Assembly: GCA_963727625.1 (NCBI GenBank)
Contig: CAVSHR010000009.1
Location: 384,001-448,000, forward strand
Direction: 5' to 3'
Length of the DNA stretch: 64,000 nucleotides
DNA from: an uncultured delta proteobacterium
GTDB taxonomy: Bacteria > Desulfobacterota > Binatia > UBA9968
Part shown: in pieces, positions 8,790 to 18,202 of the stretch
How the letters are laid out: every line of letters begins with the position of its first letter
Position numbering within the stretch: position 1 is the stretch's first letter
Program-made: the position numbers and the translations under genes
Notes under the pieces: generated by a model
What the model was told of the DNA's origin: nothing
Databases searched by the model: none
The model's input: only the letters and a program-made list of their open reading frames with translations

Positions 8790-10976
8790 ATGAAGTCGCT
8801 TCACAAAACCCGCGTAGAGCACCGCTTGCTTGCTTTGACCAAGCCGTGGCTCTCATCCTGTCTTTTGGGAGTCGGTTTGGCTTTCTGTACTGGTGCGGCC
8901 GCAGCGCAAACGCCCTCGCCAAATCAAGAAATCGAAGAACTCAAATTCAAAGACATCGAAGAGCTGAACCTTGAGAAGCTCCTCGATATCACCATCTCCC
9001 TTGCTGCTGGCCGGGCGCAGCGCGTTGAAGATGCGCCGGGCATCGCGTCAGTTATTACTGACGAAGAGATTCGCCGCCTCGGCGCCCGCACTTTGTCCGA
9101 TGTCCTCCAATTCGTGCCTGGTTTCGAGGTCATAAAGGACGCTCTCGGCCGGGACAAGATCGTCGTGCGCGGCACGACTTCTGGGTTGACCAACAGCTCC
9201 TCGGAGAGTGTCTTGATCCTGTTTAACGGTCATCGGTTGAATCAAGGGACCGACGGCGATGCGATAAGCATCAACCTGGAAATCCCGGTGGACAACCTCA
9301 AGCGCATCGAGATCATCCGCGGACCGGGTTCGGCGCTATTCGGCGCCAACGCCTTTCTGGGCGTGATCAACCTCGTCCCTTACACGGCAAACGATATACA
9401 AGGCATCCGCCTGTCATCCGGAGGTGGATCCTTTGGCACTCAACAACACAACATCTTAGGGGGCTACAAGCGCGGGGATTTCAGCATATCGGGTTTCGCT
9501 CAATTCAAAGACACCGATGGCCCAAGGCTTCTTGTTCCGGCGGACGCGCAAACAGCCTTCGACAACCTGCTTGCGCCCTTCGGTTTCCCTCCCATTTCGC
9601 GAGCGCCGAGCCGGACACGTGACAACAGCAGCGCCGTGGATGCCAATCTTCAGCTTACCTATAAAAACTTTACCGCGAATGCGAGATTTCAGGACACGCA
9701 CTCCGGCGGATTCATCGGCGCCACGGAGGTGCTCGGAAATTCCCGGTTTGACACACAACAAATTTTATTCGACGCGGGATACCGCTATCCGCTCGGCGAC
9801 AAGGGGAGCTTGCTGGCCAAGTTTAGCTTCAACCAAAATAAAGATCGACGATTGCAGGAATATTTCCCGCCGGGATTTGTCGTTTTTACCCCTGGGTTTG
9901 GGTTCGCGGTCCTACCTGCCGGCTTTGGCCTCGATTGGAGTATCAATACCAGGCGGTACGCCGGTGAAACCGTTCTCGAATATCAGTTGTTCAAAAACCA
10001 CCACTTTACGCTGGGCATGGAATACGACTACGAGTCCACTTACGATATTAAAACCAAATCTACGTTCGATTCGAGCACGGTGCCGCTGACGCCGCTTCTA
10101 TCTCTGCAGCGCCCGCCCTGGCAAATTTTGCCGCCCACCAGCCGTAAGCTCTTCAGCGTCTACGGCCAGCATATTTGGACTCCCTTATCGCAATTGGATC
10201 TCACCACCGGCGTCCGCTACGACCATTACAGCGACTTCGGCGACACGGTCAATCCGCGCGTGGGTCTCGTATGGCGCTTCGCCAAAGACTTTAACCTGAA
10301 GCTGCTCTACGGTCGCGCCTTTCGCGCGCCAAGTTTTTACGAAAGCCGCGAAAGCATCCCCAACTTGCTGGTTGGTGGCGATCTGAAGCCTACGACACTG
10401 CAGACCGTCGAAGCCGGCATTGGCTATAGCAGTCAAAACAAGTTTCACGTCAGCGCGACTTACTTCGCCACTTTCATCCGCGACTTCATCGTCCCGACCG
10501 ATACGCTTCTGGTCCCAAAAACAGACCGTTCCTTTGCCAACGCGGACGCTTACGACATTCAGGGACTGGAGTTCGAAACAAAGCTCAATTTGTGGGACCA
10601 TACTCTGTTTGCGAACTACACTTTTCAGCACTCGAAAGACAAATCCACGGGCGAGTCTCTCCCCGATGTCCCCGCACATATCGGCAGCTTGGGTCTAACT
10701 CTTGCCCTCGGCGATTACTTTAAGCTCACGCCTGCGGCGATTTTCCGAGGCAGCCGGCCGAGGTTTGTGACCGACACTCGTAAGGACGCTCCGGGATACG
10801 CTTTGTTTAATTTGACGCTTCAGGCCAAGACTCCGATTCCCGGGCTAGAGCTGTCGGGAAGCATTTATAACTTGTTTGACAAAAACTATACCAACCCGGC
10901 GCCGGTTAACGGCGTGCCGGGAGACTATCCGAGGCCAGGACGGAGTTTTTTCTTAAAGGCAATTTACAAATTTTAG
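8790..10976 (+). CDS. TonB-dependent receptor, copy 1
   Basis: Signal-peptide-like N-terminus; plug motifs (VIT.EEI, RIEIIRGPGSALFG.NA..GVIN); GVRYDHYSDFG; NLFDKNY; C-terminal Phe. Confidence 0.92.
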   Translation: MKSLHKTRVEHRLLALTKPWLSSCLLGVGLAFCTGAAAAQTPSPNQEIEELKFKDIEELNLEKLLDITISLAAGRAQRVEDAPGIASVITDEEIRRLGARTLSDVLQFVPGFEVIKDALGRDKIVVRGTTSGLTNSSSESVLILFNGHRLNQGTDGDAISINLEIPVDNLKRIEIIRGPGSALFGANAFLGVINLVPYTANDIQGIRLSSGGGSFGTQQHNILGGYKRGDFSISGFAQFKDTDGPRLLVPADAQTAFDNLLAPFGFPPISRAPSRTRDNSSAVDANLQLTYKNFTANARFQDTHSGGFIGATEVLGNSRFDTQQILFDAGYRYPLGDKGSLLAKFSFNQNKDRRLQEYFPPGFVVFTPGFGFAVLPAGFGLDWSINTRRYAGETVLEYQLFKNHHFTLGMEYDYESTYDIKTKSTFDSSTVPLTPLLSLQRPPWQILPPTSRKLFSVYGQHIWTPLSQLDLTTGVRYDHYSDFGDTVNPRVGLVWRFAKDFNLKLLYGRAFRAPSFYESRESIPNLLVGGDLKPTTLQTVEAGIGYSSQNKFHVSATYFATFIRDFIVPTDTLLVPKTDRSFANADAYDIQGLEFETKLNLWDHTLFANYTFQHSKDKSTGESLPDVPAHIGSLGLTLALGDYFKLTPAAIFRGSRPRFVTDTRKDAPGYALFNLTLQAKTPIPGLELSGSIYNLFDKNYTNPAPVNGVPGDYPRPGRSFFLKAIYKF

Positions 10977-11696
10977 ACGAACACAGAGGAACAAGTCGCA
11001 AGTTGAATTGAGTGCAAGGAAAGTCACGCTGGCATGAAACGTTGGACGACATACTTGAGCAGAGCTTGGATCAGCGCACTCCTGTGTCTGGCGCTGCTCA
11101 TGCCGCGCCCGGTTTGGGCCGAGGACGTTCCGGTGCCGGCCAGCGTTCAAGTGCCGATCTTCCTCAAGGTGCTCACCTTCGACAGAAATTTTGACGAACG
11201 GGTCAAGTCGCAATTGAAGATCGGCATCGTGTACGCCGAGGAAGACCCTGAGTCCCGACAAGCCAAAGACAACATGGTGAAAATCCTCGATGGCTATGCG
11301 GACAAGACGATCAAGCAGCTGCCGATCACCTATGTTTTGATGCGCTACACGACCGAGCAGAATGTGGTGGAATCTGCCAAGTCCCAGGGAGTTAACGTCC
11401 TTTACGTCACTCCGGGAAACGCCAAACATCTAGCGGCCTTGCTTCGAGTCAGTCAGAAGCTCCGAATCATCACGGTCACCGGGGTGCCGCAGTACGTCGA
11501 ACAGGGAGTCACGGTTGGTCTCGGTTTAAAGAGCGATAAGAAAACTCAAATACTGATCAATCTCAAGTCGTCGAAAATCGAAGGCGCGGCCTTCGACGCC
11601 AATCTGTTGAGACTCGCCACCGTGATGTAATAAATGCCGCAAGTCGGTGGCGTTAGAATCGCTGCCGCACAAAAACAGAGCAAAACTCTATGCGTG
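8858..11696 (+). repeat. Direct duplication, copy 1 (~2.84 kb, TBDR+YfiR)
   Basis: Matches 16084-18923 at offset 7226-7227; identity ends at atgcgtg. Confidence 0.92.
11034..11630 (+). CDS. YfiR/HmsC (DUF4154)-family periplasmic protein, copy 1
   Basis: Signal peptide (VWA-E); C-terminal INL......G..FDANLLRLA typical of YfiR family. Confidence 0.8.
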   Translation: MKRWTTYLSRAWISALLCLALLMPRPVWAEDVPVPASVQVPIFLKVLTFDRNFDERVKSQLKIGIVYAEEDPESRQAKDNMVKILDGYADKTIKQLPITYVLMRYTTEQNVVESAKSQGVNVLYVTPGNAKHLAALLRVSQKLRIITVTGVPQYVEQGVTVGLGLKSDKKTQILINLKSSKIEGAAFDANLLRLATVM

Positions 11697-11719
11697 TCCT
11701 TCACAGGCTGAACATTCAG

Positions 11720-11773
11720 CGCAGCACAGGGGGCTAACTCACCCTGACCCGCTGGTGGCCCCCTTGAGCTGCG
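11720..11773 (+). terminator. Imperfect stem-loop just past the duplication breakpoint
   Basis: cgcagcacagggggc ... gcccccttgagctgcg followed by tattt. Confidence 0.35.
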
Positions 11774-12067
11774 TATTTGTCAATAGTGCGCAGTCTGTCT
11801 TATGAAAACAATCCCTCGAGCTTAGAGCGAGCATTGCGAGAGGTAACACCGATAAAATGCGCTCGAGCCCCAAGCGGTGCAAGTCAGGGCAGACGAGACT
11901 GGAATCGTCATTTAACATGGCAAACCAAAAATGGCGTTGACAATTTTTCTACCCGGCGGTATGGCAGGGCCAAGAAAACGAACCTCTCCACCCAACGCTC
12001 AATCGTGGTGTCTCGTAGTCGGGCGCTCGGCAATCACGCTCCGCGACCACGAAAGGAACTTAAAAAT

Positions 12068-13636
12068 ATGAGTAATACATCTGGCGCGGTCTATTCCGAC
12101 ACAACGTGGCAAAACTGGTCTCGCAATTTATACTATCCATTGGCAGCCAACCAACAATCGTATTTCATTCCGAAAAATCTCCAGGACTTACGCAGTAGAG
12201 TTTTGCAAGCGGCGAGCACGGGCAAAAAAGTGCGCGTGTCAGGGCAACGACATGCGCAACCGCCTCTGGTTGCCAACGCGCCGCAAGCCGACCCGAATCT
12301 GATTTTGATCGACATGTCTTGCTATGCCGATCTTGGTGATGGCACTCAACGCATGGTTTTGAACGATGACCAGCTCACTGTAAATACCGGTGTGCGGGAA
12401 GATGAACTCGACACCTTTTTGACCCAGAACAATAAGATACTGCCGACGGTTACCGCAGGCGGTTTTTTCAGTATCGGCGGCATGACCGCCGTCGATGTGC
12501 ATGGGGCCACCACTGGCTACCCGATTTTTGCCGAAACCGCTACTGCTTATACCATCATGGGGCCCGATGGGAATAAAACCACCTTTACCCAAACCAGCCC
12601 AGCCCCCGCAGGTTTCAATGCACTGCAATTTGCCCGCGTGTCGTTTGGTGCGCTGGGTGTGGTTACGTCGGTCACATTGCAAGTGTTGCCGCGCCCGTTT
12701 GCCAATACGCTTAGCGGCGGCATTGAAGAGGGTAAGTGGCAAATTGAAGCCGATTTTGTGCAGGGCTTTGGCGCACTGCTGGCGAGCAAAACCCGCGTGG
12801 AATCGTTTTTCAACCCCTATGATTCGATCAGTCCCTTTCTCTGCTGCTGGTGGAATGTGAACAATGGTTCAGGCCCGGGCAATTCGCCGGCGCCCGTTGA
12901 TAACGCTTGCCAACTGGCGGGCAACCAGCAATACGGCGCACCGTATATCGGAGAACTCGCGGTCGATGCCGGAGTGGCAGCGCAAGAAACTTCCTCCTCG
13001 GTTCCCGCTTCTTTAACGTCTGAGGCAGCGATTGCTGTTATTTACACAAAGGTCACTACGGCGAACGCCAATGCATCGGACTTATGGCTTGATGACGCGG
13101 CGCGCACGATTTTTATGTCGTATTTTATCGAATTGCCCGACCTGCGCGAGAAGGGCTTGGACATTGTGTGGCGTGCTCTGCAAGCAGTCCGTCGACGGGT
13201 TGTCGCGGACAATAACTTTCACGTTGCCGCTCCGCTCGAATTTCGCTTTGTGCGCGGTGGCAATACGCTGCTGGCGGGGACATATTCCGAGCGCCCGAAC
13301 AGCGTGTTCGTCAACCTCGATTTGATCGGCTTTGCGTTGGAAAATGAGGATAAAACTGGTTTAGTCTACAGTGACAAACTCCTGCAATTTTTTGCCGACG
13401 TCGAACGTGATTGGGTCGTAACGCTGGGCGGTATGCCCCACGGTGGTAAGATGTATGGTTTTTATGATCCCAATGGCCCTGCCCGCAATTTCAGCTTGCC
13501 GTTCAACCCGAAGTTTGTCGATTTCATCCGCAACAAACGCGCGAGCCGCGTTGCGGCGTTCAATGCCTTTCGACAACAACGCGATCCCAAGGGCATGTTT
13601 TGCAACCCGTTCGTGGCGCAGATGATTGGCGCCTAA
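12068..13636 (+). CDS. FAD-linked oxidase paralog 3
   Basis: AAGGAA RBS before ATG 12068; WQNWS, RVSGQRHAQPP, APLEFRF, GGMPHGGKMYG. Confidence 0.88.
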   Translation: MSNTSGAVYSDTTWQNWSRNLYYPLAANQQSYFIPKNLQDLRSRVLQAASTGKKVRVSGQRHAQPPLVANAPQADPNLILIDMSCYADLGDGTQRMVLNDDQLTVNTGVREDELDTFLTQNNKILPTVTAGGFFSIGGMTAVDVHGATTGYPIFAETATAYTIMGPDGNKTTFTQTSPAPAGFNALQFARVSFGALGVVTSVTLQVLPRPFANTLSGGIEEGKWQIEADFVQGFGALLASKTRVESFFNPYDSISPFLCCWWNVNNGSGPGNSPAPVDNACQLAGNQQYGAPYIGELAVDAGVAAQETSSSVPASLTSEAAIAVIYTKVTTANANASDLWLDDAARTIFMSYFIELPDLREKGLDIVWRALQAVRRRVVADNNFHVAAPLEFRFVRGGNTLLAGTYSERPNSVFVNLDLIGFALENEDKTGLVYSDKLLQFFADVERDWVVTLGGMPHGGKMYGFYDPNGPARNFSLPFNPKFVDFIRNKRASRVAAFNAFRQQRDPKGMFCNPFVAQMIGA

Positions 13637-13813
13637 TCCCTGGCGGGGCATTCATTTCGACGCGTCACCGTCTGCTCGGTCTCCTTCGTCAACAAAACCG
13701 AGGCATTGACAGATTGCCTTTTTTATCTTTTTCGTCTCCGTCCCCAATCGATTAGTACCATGTCTCAGCAATTCAACTCTTTCTACGGCTATAGCAGCTT
13801 AGGCAAAAAGTCG

Positions 13814-15514
13814 TTATTTAATGATCAAGTTCGTCGGTGGATTTGGAACTGGTTGTGTAGAACTGGCTTCGCCCAGTACGTCGCGTAGATAGTCGTTGTA
13901 GAAGAGGCCGTCTGGATCCATTTGCTGGCGGAAATTTTTAAAGGCTTGCAGTCGCTCACCGCGGCGCCGACGCAGCTCGGCCAGAAAGTTCACGTTGAAC
14001 GGCGCCGTGTGAGTGCCTGTCGGCTGATCCGGGTCGTAAAAGCCGTACATCTTGCCCTGATGCGGAAAGCCGCCCATTGCAACCCACTGCCGCTCGACGT
14101 CGGCGAAAAACTGTAGAAGCTTGTCGGGATACTCCGACGCTGTTTTATTGTCCTCGACAAATCCGATCAGGTCCAAGTTGACGAACCAAGTATTTGGATC
14201 GTCTGTATACGTTCCCGACATGGCGGTGTTGCCACCCTTGACGAAACGGAACTCCATCGGCGCCGCGATGTGAAAGTTACCGTCTTTCAAAACAATCTGG
14301 GAAACCACATCTAACCCGTCCCACACTTTGCCAAGCCCATTCTTGTCGAGGCCAGGCAGCGGAATGTAATAAGACATGAAAATGACGCGCACCGCACCTG
14401 TCAACCACAAATCCGAATGCGACTTGTTGGCATCGGCCACTTCAGGCTCGATCACGTCGAAGGTGATTGCCGCGATAACAGCGGGATTGTCGATGGGATT
14501 TGCACCCCGTATATCGTTACCTGGGTCGTATCGATATTGTGCCCTTTGGGCCGAGTCGGCACCGTATTTCTGCAACCAACCTGTCAGATACGGCGCTCCG
14601 TATTCGGGAGGATTTTTGCCCGCGAGAACACACGCGTTTGGTGGAGACGTTGCCTGGTTACTAATATTCGATGACGGATTATCTTGCACATCCCACCACA
14701 ACACGAGAAAGTTCTTCGTATACAAAGGGAAGCCTACGCTGCCAGTGGCGTAAGGTGTGAAAAACACCTCCAGCCGAGTGTGGGCCTTCACCAACGACTG
14801 AAATTTATCCACAAAGGCGTCTTTGTCAGCGAGTCCTAGTCGCTCTGTGCCGCCCTGCAGCGTCGTCGCATACGGGCGGGGCAGGACATCGATCGTGACC
14901 GCCGTAACGATGCCCAACCCGCCCAACGACACCCGCGCGAACTGCAGCGGCGACCAATTCCCGTCCTGCGTCGACTGCTTATCAATAGTGACCTCCGAAC
15001 CGTCGGCTCGCACAATCCTGAACGCCGATACCGTTTCGGCAAATATCGGCGCGTCTATCGTGCCGCCGTGGACGTCGACCGCGGTCATGCCGCCAAGACT
15101 AAAGAACCCGCCGGCCGTGACGGTCTTGAGCATTAGATTGTTAGCGGTCAGAAACGCGTCCAGCTCGTCCTCGCGCACACCTGTATTCACCGTAACCTGG
15201 TTTTCTCCAGGTCCTCGCTCAATGCGTTCGTTGCGGTCCGGGCCTAGATCCGCGTAGCAGGACAGGTCGATCAGCCAGGTCTTCGCGGTCGAAGGCGGTG
15301 CCCCCTTACGATTGTCGTCCACCACCAGGGGCGGCTGTGAATGGCGCTGTCCGGTAACCCGGATGACCACATTATTGCTACGAGCGTTGAGAATCACAAT
15401 TCTCAACTCTTCCACGTTCCTCGGCATATAGTAATAGTTTTCTCCGTTGACGGGGTTATGGACGAGGTTGCAACTCCAGTTCTGCCACACAGGCGCAGTC
15501 GGATTTTCCGCCAT
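13814..15514 (-). CDS. FAD-linked oxidase paralog 4 with C-terminal PNPPTNLIIK tail
   Basis: AGGAGG RBS; RVTGQRHSQPP, APMEFRF, GGFPHQGK; closest to paralog 2. Confidence 0.88.
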   Translation of the reverse strand: MAENPTAPVWQNWSCNLVHNPVNGENYYYMPRNVEELRIVILNARSNNVVIRVTGQRHSQPPLVVDDNRKGAPPSTAKTWLIDLSCYADLGPDRNERIERGPGENQVTVNTGVREDELDAFLTANNLMLKTVTAGGFFSLGGMTAVDVHGGTIDAPIFAETVSAFRIVRADGSEVTIDKQSTQDGNWSPLQFARVSLGGLGIVTAVTIDVLPRPYATTLQGGTERLGLADKDAFVDKFQSLVKAHTRLEVFFTPYATGSVGFPLYTKNFLVLWWDVQDNPSSNISNQATSPPNACVLAGKNPPEYGAPYLTGWLQKYGADSAQRAQYRYDPGNDIRGANPIDNPAVIAAITFDVIEPEVADANKSHSDLWLTGAVRVIFMSYYIPLPGLDKNGLGKVWDGLDVVSQIVLKDGNFHIAAPMEFRFVKGGNTAMSGTYTDDPNTWFVNLDLIGFVEDNKTASEYPDKLLQFFADVERQWVAMGGFPHQGKMYGFYDPDQPTGTHTAPFNVNFLAELRRRRGERLQAFKNFRQQMDPDGLFYNDYLRDVLGEASSTQPVPNPPTNLIIK

Positions 15515-16015
15515 TTTCAACCCTCCTTTTATTATCTCAGCACAAAACTGTGCGCTGCTACCCTCTCATTTCGCGCAAGCTCTGAATAAGCTCGGGCGAG
15601 AGATATCCGAAAACATACTCGCTGGCAACCCTCCCCGAGCGCAGTAGACTTTAAACTGGCGCGATATACCCGCTTTTATCTCCCGAGCCTAATCATTGGG
15701 GCAGTATGTCCGCCTGTCCGAATCATCAGGATATCCCCCTTGAGCTTTTAAAATTAATTCTTGCAATTTTCTTATCGAGTTAAGTATATTTCATCCTTCT
15801 GCGGACTCGCAGCGTAGACAGTGCCTTCAGATTGGGATTGACGCGTAAAGTCAGGAATCGTCCGTGGATGCTGTTCTCGTGCGGCTCCAGTAAGTTTCAG
15901 ACGATGTGATAACAGCGGCCATGCTGGCTTCGAGGCGGTATTGCGGAATGGCATCTTTCCTTACCCAGGCGAGTTTTCAGGCGGTTTGTAAAACGGCGAC
16001 CATCTTTAAAGCCCG

Positions 16016-18202
16016 ATGAAGTCCGTTTGTACAACCGGTCAGCGCCACAACCCGGCTACATTAAAAGCGACAGGGCTCTTGCTCTGTCTTTTGGGCATCA
16101 GTTTGGCTTTCTGTACTGGTGCGGCCGCAGCGCAAACGCCCTCGCCAAATCAAGAAATCGAAGAACTCAAATTCAAAGACATCGAAGAGCTGAACCTTGA
16201 GAAGCTCCTCGATATCACCATCTCCCTTGCTGCTGGCCGGGCGCAGCGCGTTGAAGATGCGCCGGGCATCGCGTCAGTTATTACTGACGAAGAGATTCGC
16301 CGCCTCGGCGCCCGCACTTTGTCCGATGTCCTCCAATTCGTGCCGGGCTTCGAGGTCATAAAGGACGCTCTCGGCCGGGACAAGATCATCGTGCGCGGCA
16401 AGACTTCGGGGTTGACAAACGGCTCCTCCGAGAGCGTTTTGATTCTTTTCAACGGCCATCGCTTGAATCAGGGGCTCGATGGCGATGCGATGACCATCAA
16501 CCTGGAGATCCCGGTGGACAACCTCAAGCGCATTGAGATCATCCGCGGGCCCGGCTCGGCGCTTTTCGGCGCCAACGCCTTTCTCGGTGTGATCAACCTG
16601 GTCCCTTACACGGCGAACGATATACAAGGCATCCGTCTGTCATCTGGAGGTGGATCCTTTGGCACTCAACAACACAACATCTTAGGGGGCTATACGCGCG
16701 GGGATTTCAGCATATCGGGTTTCGCTCAATTCAAAGACACCGATGGCCCAAGGCTGCTTGTTCCCGTGGACCTGCAAACCACCTTCGACAGCCTGCTTGC
16801 GCCCTTCGGGGTGCCGCCAGTTTCACGAGCGCCTGGCAGGACGCGCGATAATCGAAGGAACGTGGATGCCAACCTTCAGCTTACCTATAAAAACTTTACC
16901 GCGAACGCGAGATTTCAGGACACGCACTCTGGCGGATTCATCGGCCCCACGGAGGTGCTCGGAAATTCCCGGTTTGACGGCCAACAATTATTGTTCGACG
17001 CGGGATACCGCTATCCGCTCGGCGACAAGGGGAGCCTGCTGGCGAAGTTCAGTTTTAACCAGAACAAAGACCATCGATTCCTGGAACTTTTTCCGCCGGG
17101 ATTCACCTTTTTCACCCCTGGGTTTGGCTTCACTGTGAACCCTGCTGGCTCGATTATCGATTTCACCATCAACACCAGGCGGTACGCCGGAGAAACCGTG
17201 CTCGAATACCAGTTGTTCAAAGACCATCATTTTACGCTCGGACTGGAATATGAGTACGAGTCCACCTACGATATTAAAACCAAATCTACGTTCGATTCGA
17301 ACACTCGGCCATCTACACCACTCCCCTCGCTGCAGCGCCCGCCATGGGACATTTTGCCGCCCACCAGCCGTAAGCTCTTCAGCGTCTATGGCCAGCATAT
17401 TTGGACTCCCTTATCGCAGTTGGATCTCACCACCGGCGTCCGCTACGACCATTACAGCGACTTCGGCGATACGGTAAACCCCCGCGTGGGTCTCGTATGG
17501 CGCTTCGCCAAAGACTTTAACCTCAAGCTGCTTTACGGCCGCGCTTTTCGCGCGCCTACTTTTTTCGAGAGCCGCGAGAGCATCCCCAACTTGCTGGTTG
17601 GTGGCGATCTGAAGCCTACGACACTGCAGACCGTCGAAGCCGGCATTGGCTATAGCAGTCAAAACAAGTTTCACGTCAGCGCGACTTACTTCGCCACTTT
17701 CATCCGCGACTTCATCGTCCCGACCGCATCTTTGCTCCAAGTGGATACAAGCCGCGCCTTCAGCAACGCCGACGCTTTCGACATTCAGGGACTGGAGTTC
17801 GAAACAAAGCTCAATTTGTGGGACCATACTCTGTTTGCGAACTACACTTTTCAGCACTCGAAAGACAAATCCACGGGCGAGTCTCTCCCCGATGTCCCCG
17901 CACATATCGGCAGCTTGGGTCTAACTCTTGCCCTCGGCGATTACTTTAAGCTCACGCCTGCGGCGATTTTCCGAGGCAGCCGACCGAGGTTTGTGACCGA
18001 CACTCGTAAGGACGCTCCGGGATACGCTTTGTTTAATTTGACGCTTCAGGCCAAGACTCCGATTCCCGGGCTAGAGCTGTCGGGAAGCATTTATAACTTG
18101 TTTGACAAAAACTATACCAACCCGGCGCCGGTTAACGGCGTGCCGGGAGACTATCCGAGGCCAGGACGGAGTTTTTTCTTAAAGGCCATTTACAAATTTT
18201 AG
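16016..18202 (+). CDS. TonB-dependent receptor, copy 2
   Basis: Same motifs as copy 1 with clustered substitutions. Confidence 0.92.
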   Translation: MKSVCTTGQRHNPATLKATGLLLCLLGISLAFCTGAAAAQTPSPNQEIEELKFKDIEELNLEKLLDITISLAAGRAQRVEDAPGIASVITDEEIRRLGARTLSDVLQFVPGFEVIKDALGRDKIIVRGKTSGLTNGSSESVLILFNGHRLNQGLDGDAMTINLEIPVDNLKRIEIIRGPGSALFGANAFLGVINLVPYTANDIQGIRLSSGGGSFGTQQHNILGGYTRGDFSISGFAQFKDTDGPRLLVPVDLQTTFDSLLAPFGVPPVSRAPGRTRDNRRNVDANLQLTYKNFTANARFQDTHSGGFIGPTEVLGNSRFDGQQLLFDAGYRYPLGDKGSLLAKFSFNQNKDHRFLELFPPGFTFFTPGFGFTVNPAGSIIDFTINTRRYAGETVLEYQLFKDHHFTLGLEYEYESTYDIKTKSTFDSNTRPSTPLPSLQRPPWDILPPTSRKLFSVYGQHIWTPLSQLDLTTGVRYDHYSDFGDTVNPRVGLVWRFAKDFNLKLLYGRAFRAPTFFESRESIPNLLVGGDLKPTTLQTVEAGIGYSSQNKFHVSATYFATFIRDFIVPTASLLQVDTSRAFSNADAFDIQGLEFETKLNLWDHTLFANYTFQHSKDKSTGESLPDVPAHIGSLGLTLALGDYFKLTPAAIFRGSRPRFVTDTRKDAPGYALFNLTLQAKTPIPGLELSGSIYNLFDKNYTNPAPVNGVPGDYPRPGRSFFLKAIYKF

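Noticed and set aside
11777-12067. N-terminal extension of oxidase 3 given by the ORF track (likewise 28475-28861 for the LLM gene)
   Set aside because: RBS and paralog alignment place the starts at 12068 and ~28862; the extensions are not protein-like or overlap another gene
8790-18202. Diversity-generating retroelement (TR/VR) behind the TBDR differences
   Set aside because: No reverse transcriptase in the window and differences do not appear restricted to adenines
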